Source: Octopus bimaculoides
Lineage: Eukaryota
Assembly: GCF_001194135.2 (NCBI RefSeq)
Contig: NC_068987.1
Location: forward strand, 7,311,650-7,374,560
DNA length: 62,911 bases
Direction of reading: 5' to 3'
Position 1 is the stretch's first letter, and the number at the start of each line of letters is the position of its first letter. A model generated the notes under the pieces. The model had not been told where the DNA came from and did not search any database. It was given only the letters and a program-made list of their open reading frames with translations. Shown in pieces: positions 61,957 through 62,911 of this stretch. Both the position numbers and the translations under genes were made by a program.

Positions 61957-62409
61957 GATCTTTACGCGTATCTTCCAATTTGCGATTACCTGAAAATCAC
62001 TAACGTTGTATGCTTATTATGCAAAAAAAACAAAAACATTTGTATTATTCTTGCTGTATATGGTGCGGTTTCAACTCACATATCCCGCTGACATATTCTG
62101 AAAAGCAGAAAAATGTTTATGATATCCATCCAACCGACTGCTATACGTTCAAAGAAAACAAGAATGATGAATATATGAAAGAAAGAGAGAACGAACTCGC
62201 GAACGAACGAACGAACGACTGAATGAAACTAAAAAGAAACTAAAGCAGAAAAAAGTTTTAATTGGTATGACAGTAAAAGTGTCAAAATGTTTGAAAATGA
62301 ATCAGCAGTTTTGCGGTTTCAAGTGAATATAATGGAGAAAGATATTTACCGAAGGACACTTAACGATAGCACAAACTGTACACAATTCAAATCTATCTGG
62401 GGACGCAAA

Positions 62410-62421
62410 AGTAGTAGTAGC

Positions 62422-62457
<36 letters not shown>

Positions 62458-62839
62458 GGTGGTGGTGGTGGTGGTGGTGGTGGTGCTTGCGGTGGTGTTT
62501 GTGTTGCTGTTGTTGGCGGTTGCGTTGTTGTAGGTGGTCGTAGTTGTGGTGGAGGTGGTGGAGGTAGTAGCAGCTGCAGCAGTAACAGCAGTGGTAATAG
62601 TATAAGTAGTAGTAGTAGTTGTAGCAGTAGCAGAAGCAGCAGTTGTAGTAGTAGTAGTAGTAGTAGTAATAGTAGTAGTTGTAGTAGTGCTAGTGGTGAT
62701 GGTGGTGGTGTTGGTGGTAGCGAGCGTGGTGGTGATAGTGGTTGTGTTGCTGTTGTTGGCGGTTGCATTGTTGTAGGTAGTCGTAGTGGTGGTGGTAGCA
62801 GCAGCAACAGCAACAGCAGCATCAGCAGCAGCAGCAGCT

Positions 62840-62901
<62 letters not shown>

Positions 62902-62911
62902 GGTGGTGGTG
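62410..62911. repeat. (GTA)/(GGT)/(GCA) compound tract containing a duplicated ~55-bp segment
   Basis: gtgttgctgttgttggcggttgc.ttgttgtaggt.gtcgtagt occurs near 62500 and 62745. Confidence 0.95.

Noticed and set aside
61757-62003. Poly-L and poly-R ORFs
   Set aside because: They are translations of (GAA)52.

Overview
AT-rich, extremely microsatellite-dense animal DNA with many N-gaps that fall mostly inside microsatellites. The repeat content looks like a coleoid cephalopod, most likely Octopus. This is my recognition of the SINE families, not a database result. I find no recognisable protein-coding gene, and nearly all entries in the ORF track are translations of simple repeats or N-gaps. 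The window reads as intronic or intergenic and contains: (i) about 35 copies or fragments of at least three tRNA-derived SINE families (labelled A, B, D here) that share and swap sequence modules; (ii) fossil RTE-clade LINE fragments, a Dong/R4-like LINE 3' end and another LINE-like 3' end; (iii) Tc1/mariner relics, including a 535-bp foldback element built from two inverted transposase 3' ends around an apparent RTE fragment; (iv) a (TTAGGG)5 tract replacing part of a SINE; (v) several inverted repeats; (vi) a few unverified splice-bounded exon candidates, including a speculative two-exon model for a 62-aa peptide with six cysteines. Boundaries of degenerate elements are approximate (about 10-20 bp). 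Protein-family matches are by eye against remembered consensus motifs.
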